Below are positions 48,643-51,853 of a DNA stretch of 51,853 nt, in pieces (position 1 is the stretch's first letter; each line of letters starts with the position of its first letter). The stretch is from Ferruginibacter sp. (GTDB lineage Bacteria > Bacteroidota > Bacteroidia > Chitinophagales > Chitinophagaceae), in contig JBBKWV010000167.1 of NCBI GenBank assembly GCA_037969135.1, positions 1 through 51,853 of the forward strand, in the 5' to 3' direction. The notes beneath the pieces were generated by a model. It was given only the letters and a program-made list of their open reading frames with translations. It was not told where the DNA came from and searched no databases. Made by a program: the position numbers and the translations under genes.

Positions 48643-50919
48643 TTAATTTTTAGAGTTTTCAAATTCCCTGCGAATGATATTCAGTGCAGCTCCTGATTTA
48701 AACCATTCAATCTGTTGTTGATTGTAGGTATGGTTGACCATGATCTTATCTGTGCTGCCATCGGGGTGATTTAAAACCATTGTGAGTTTTTTATCAGGTG
48801 CAAATTCAGTCAGCCCGATGATATCTATATTATCATTCTCCTGTATCTTATCATAATCTGACTTGTCATCAAAGGTCAGGGCAAGCATCCCTTGTTTTTT
48901 CAGGTTGGTTTCATGGATACGGGCAAAGGATTTCACCAGCACGGCTCTTACTCCGAGATGGCGGGGTTCCATGGCAGCGTGTTCCCTGGAAGATCCTTCA
49001 CCATAATTTTCATCACCCACAACAATGGTTCCAACTCCCGCTGCTTTATAAGCACGCTGTGTATTGGGTACAGTACCATATTCACCGGTCAGCTGATTTT
49101 TTACCGAGTCTGTTTTTTCATTGAAAAAGTTAATAGCACCAATCAGCATATTGTTGCTGATATTATCGAGGTGACCGCGAAACTTAAGCCAGGGGCCTGC
49201 CATAGATATATGATCTGTAGTACATTTTCCCTTTGCCTTGATCAATAGTTTCAAACCTTTCAGATCAGTTCCTTCCCATGCTGCGAATGGCTCAAGAATT
49301 TGTAATCTTTTACTATCTGGGGAAACTTTTACCTGAATATTACTGCCATCTGCAGAAGGAGACTGGTAGCCGGCATCTTCCACGTCAAAACCTTTTGGCG
49401 GAAGTTCAAAACCGGTTGGTGGATCCAGCATCACCTGTTCCCCTTTATCGTTAGTAAGGGTATCGGTAAGCGGGTTAAAATTCAATGTACCTGCAATGGC
49501 AAGTGCGGTTACCAGTTCGGGTGAACCAACAAATGCCATGGTATTCGGATTGCCATCGGCACGTTTTGCAAAATTGCGGTTGAAGGAATGCACGATGGTG
49601 TTTCTTTCTTTTTTCTCTGCACCTACACGTGCCCACATCCCGATACATGGACCACAGGCATTGGCAAAAACAGTAGCACCAATTTTATCGAATGTTTCTA
49701 AAAATCCATCCCTTTCTATAGTGAATCTCACCTGCTCACTGCCAGGTGTAATCGTAAATTCTGATTGTAATTTCAGTCCCTTATCTGTTACCTGTTTTGC
49801 CAGGCTCACTGCACGGCTGATATCTTCGTAAGATGAGTTTGTACAGCTACCTATCAGGCCATATTCAATTTTTGTAGGCCAGTCATTTGCCGCTGCCGCT
49901 TCTTTCATTTTTGAAATAGGAGTAGCCAGGTCTGGGGTAAAAGGGCCATTCAAATGAGGTTCCAACGTGTTCAGGTCAATTTCTATAACCTGGTCAAAAT
50001 AAGCTGTCGGATTTGCATATACTTCAGCATCTCCGGTTAAATGCGCTGCAATGTTATCAGCCATCGCTGCAATTTCTTCCCTTCCTGTTGCTTTTAAATA
50101 CCGGCTCATGCTCTCATCATAACCGAAAGTAGACGTGGTTGCACCAATTTCTGCACCCATATTACAAATGGTTCCTTTTCCTGTGCAACTCATGCTGGTA
50201 GCACCTTCTCCGAAATATTCCACAATGGCACCAGTTCCACCTTTTACGGTAAGGATGCCAGCTACTTTTAATATCACATCTTTGGGAGCAGTCCAGCCAT
50301 TTAGTTTTCCTGTCAGTTTAATCCCAATCAGTTTTGGCATTTTTAGTTCCCATGCCAGTCCGGCCATCACATCGCATGCATCTGCTCCGCCCACACCAAT
50401 AGCAACCATTCCCAAACCACCGGCATTAACCGTATGGCTGTCTGTACCGATCATCATCCCACCCGGGAAAGCGTAATTTTCCAAAACTACCTGGTGAATG
50501 ATACCAGCTCCGGGCTTCCAGAATCCAATGCCATATTTATCAGAAACGGAAGAAAGGAAATCAAACACTTCACTGCTTTCATGAACCGCTCTGTCGAGAT
50601 CGGTTTTGCTGTTCACCTTTGCTTCAATCAGGTGATCGCAATGAACAGTTGAAGGAACGGCTACTTTATTTCTGCCGCTTTGCATAAATTGCAATAAAGC
50701 CATTTGAGCAGTTGCATCCTGCATGGCAACACGGTCTGGCGCAAAATCTACATAATCCTTGCCTCTTGCATAAGCTTTCGTTGCAGATCCGTCCCAAAGG
50801 TGGGCATATAATATTTTTTCAGTAAGTGTAAGTGGTTTACCGGTTGCTTTACGGGCTGCTTCTACGCGGTTGCTGAAATTGGCGTAAAGTTTTTTGATCA
50901 TTTCAATGTCGAATGCCAT
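48643..50919 (-). CDS. Aconitate hydratase (mitochondrial-like Bacteroidota clade)
   Basis: [46 protein letters not shown]. Confidence 0.96.
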   Translation of the reverse strand: MAFDIEMIKKLYANFSNRVEAARKATGKPLTLTEKILYAHLWDGSATKAYARGKDYVDFAPDRVAMQDATAQMALLQFMQSGRNKVAVPSTVHCDHLIEAKVNSKTDLDRAVHESSEVFDFLSSVSDKYGIGFWKPGAGIIHQVVLENYAFPGGMMIGTDSHTVNAGGLGMVAIGVGGADACDVMAGLAWELKMPKLIGIKLTGKLNGWTAPKDVILKVAGILTVKGGTGAIVEYFGEGATSMSCTGKGTICNMGAEIGATTSTFGYDESMSRYLKATGREEIAAMADNIAAHLTGDAEVYANPTAYFDQVIEIDLNTLEPHLNGPFTPDLATPISKMKEAAAANDWPTKIEYGLIGSCTNSSYEDISRAVSLAKQVTDKGLKLQSEFTITPGSEQVRFTIERDGFLETFDKIGATVFANACGPCIGMWARVGAEKKERNTIVHSFNRNFAKRADGNPNTMAFVGSPELVTALAIAGTLNFNPLTDTLTNDKGEQVMLDPPTGFELPPKGFDVEDAGYQSPSADGSNIQVKVSPDSKRLQILEPFAAWEGTDLKGLKLLIKAKGKCTTDHISMAGPWLKFRGHLDNISNNMLIGAINFFNEKTDSVKNQLTGEYGTVPNTQRAYKAAGVGTIVVGDENYGEGSSREHAAMEPRHLGVRAVLVKSFARIHETNLKKQGMLALTFDDKSDYDKIQENDNIDIIGLTEFAPDKKLTMVLNHPDGSTDKIMVNHTYNQQQIEWFKSGAALNIIRREFENSKN

Positions 50920-51045
50920 AATATATTTTTGGTTATTTGGGATTTGGCCAATAAGAGATCGGGGAATTTTTAAGAAAGAAATTATGTGATTGGATCAGCT
51001 AATTTACGAATCTCCAAATTTTCATATCTCCTGATTGGGATGTTG

Positions 51046-51053
51046 CAAATTTA
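51046..51053 (-). promoter_or_regulatory. -7 element for aconitase
   Basis: TAAATTTG on the minus strand, about 125 nt upstream of the start. Confidence 0.5.
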
Positions 51054-51114
51054 CTGAAACTACTTCACTATTTAAAGTGCTTGTTTTTGAAATAATTCTG
51101 TTTAATTTTGTGTC

Positions 51115-51336
51115 ATGAACCGATTTAAGCATTTTATCGAATGGCATGTCTTCGGAGTATGCACTGCCATTGGTGAAAAGATGGGAATTGCCACCTCTAT
51201 CATCCGCAAATACTTTATCTACATTTCCTTTCTTACAATGGGATCTCCGGTGATCATTTATCTATTCGTAGCATTCTGGATGAATATCAAGCGGTATATT
51301 TTCAATGCCAAGCGGAATCCGCTGCGGTATTTATAA
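51115..51336 (+). CDS. PspC-domain small membrane protein
   Basis: FGVCTAIGEKMGI..IRKYFIY..PVIIYL. Confidence 0.85.
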   Translation: MNRFKHFIEWHVFGVCTAIGEKMGIATSIIRKYFIYISFLTMGSPVIIYLFVAFWMNIKRYIFNAKRNPLRYL

Positions 51337-51433
51337 GCTCTTGCTTTTTCTGCCCCATGAAGGTTTTTAAAAAAAATAATGAACAAGGAAAATTGAATAA
51401 AGAACAGATTTCTTCATTTCATATTCACTTTGT

Positions 51434-51853
51434 TTAAATCGCCGCTCTTATCTTCACCAATTTCTCCAACAACGGTTCCAGCAGATCCAATCGCAACATA
51501 TTGGCACCATCACTTTTTGCAACAGCAGGGTTTGGATGAGTTTCAATAAACAATCCATCTGCACCTGTTGCAATGGCGGCTTTGGCAATGGTTTCAATGA
51601 GTTCAGGACTGCCTCCCGTAACACCGGCTGTTTGGTTGGGCTGTTGTAAAGAATGAGTACAATCCATGATTACAGGAACTTGTATCTCTTTCATCCAGGT
51701 GATATTGCGGTAATCAACTACCAGATCCTGATAGCCGAAAGTATTTCCTCTTTCAATCAATCCTACTTTATCATTTCCGGCATTTTTTATTTTTTCCACA
51801 GCAAACTTCATAGAGGGGCCGCTGAGGAACTGGCCTTTTTTTACGTTTACGAT
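51434..51853 (-). CDS. kdsA: KDO 8-phosphate synthase, 3' part (5' end beyond window)
   Basis: Frame open to the edge: IVNVKKGQFLSGPSM..ERGNTFGY..DCTHSLQQP..FIETHPNP..SDG. Confidence 0.96.
   Translation of the reverse strand: MVNVKKGQFLSGPSMKFAVEKIKNAGNDKVGLIERGNTFGYQDLVVDYRNITWMKEIQVPVIMDCTHSLQQPNQTAGVTGGSPELIETIAKAAIATGADGLFIETHPNPAVAKSDGANMLRLDLLEPLLEKLVKIRAAI

Noticed and set aside
9176-50652. Numerous 60-180 aa alternative-frame and antisense ORFs in the track
   Set aside because: They lie mostly within well-supported genes and have no motifs or expression signals
48643-50919. Mitochondrial-like aconitase as eukaryotic transfer or contamination
   Set aside because: This clade is established in Bacteroidota; composition and flanks match the host

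Overview
AT-rich chromosomal window from a Bacteroidota bacterium, most likely Chitinophagaceae (gene content, TAnnTTTG promoters, T9SS cargo). About 43 kb is housekeeping: htpG, recJ, polyprenyl synthase, OmpA proteins, bamD-rpoZ-coaBC-DUF4835, scoAB, pckA, peptidases, purS, rsmI, rsmG, tgt, the infA-rpmJ-rpsM-rpsK-rpsD-rpoA-rplQ operon, carA, aroQ, glmS-DUF4954, mgtE, yceI, aconitase and a partial kdsA. I saw no rRNA, tRNA, CRISPR array, prophage or IS. The best candidate system is at 1-8972: a divergently transcribed, wholly exported cluster made of an EEP-family nuclease/phosphatase, a SusD-less TonB-dependent transporter, an OB-fold-like DUF5689 lipoprotein and two paralogous lamin-tail-domain proteins, one of which the ORF track missed. 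It looks like an extracellular nucleic-acid capture and utilisation locus. Non-coding signals include a pseudoknot before rpsD, a start-codon-pairing hairpin before rplQ, 7-periodic repeats in the r-protein spacers, a sigma54-like promoter plus palindrome before htpG and an operator-like palindrome before yceI. The TGT also lacks its zinc-binding cysteines. All family assignments come from motif recognition, not database searches.
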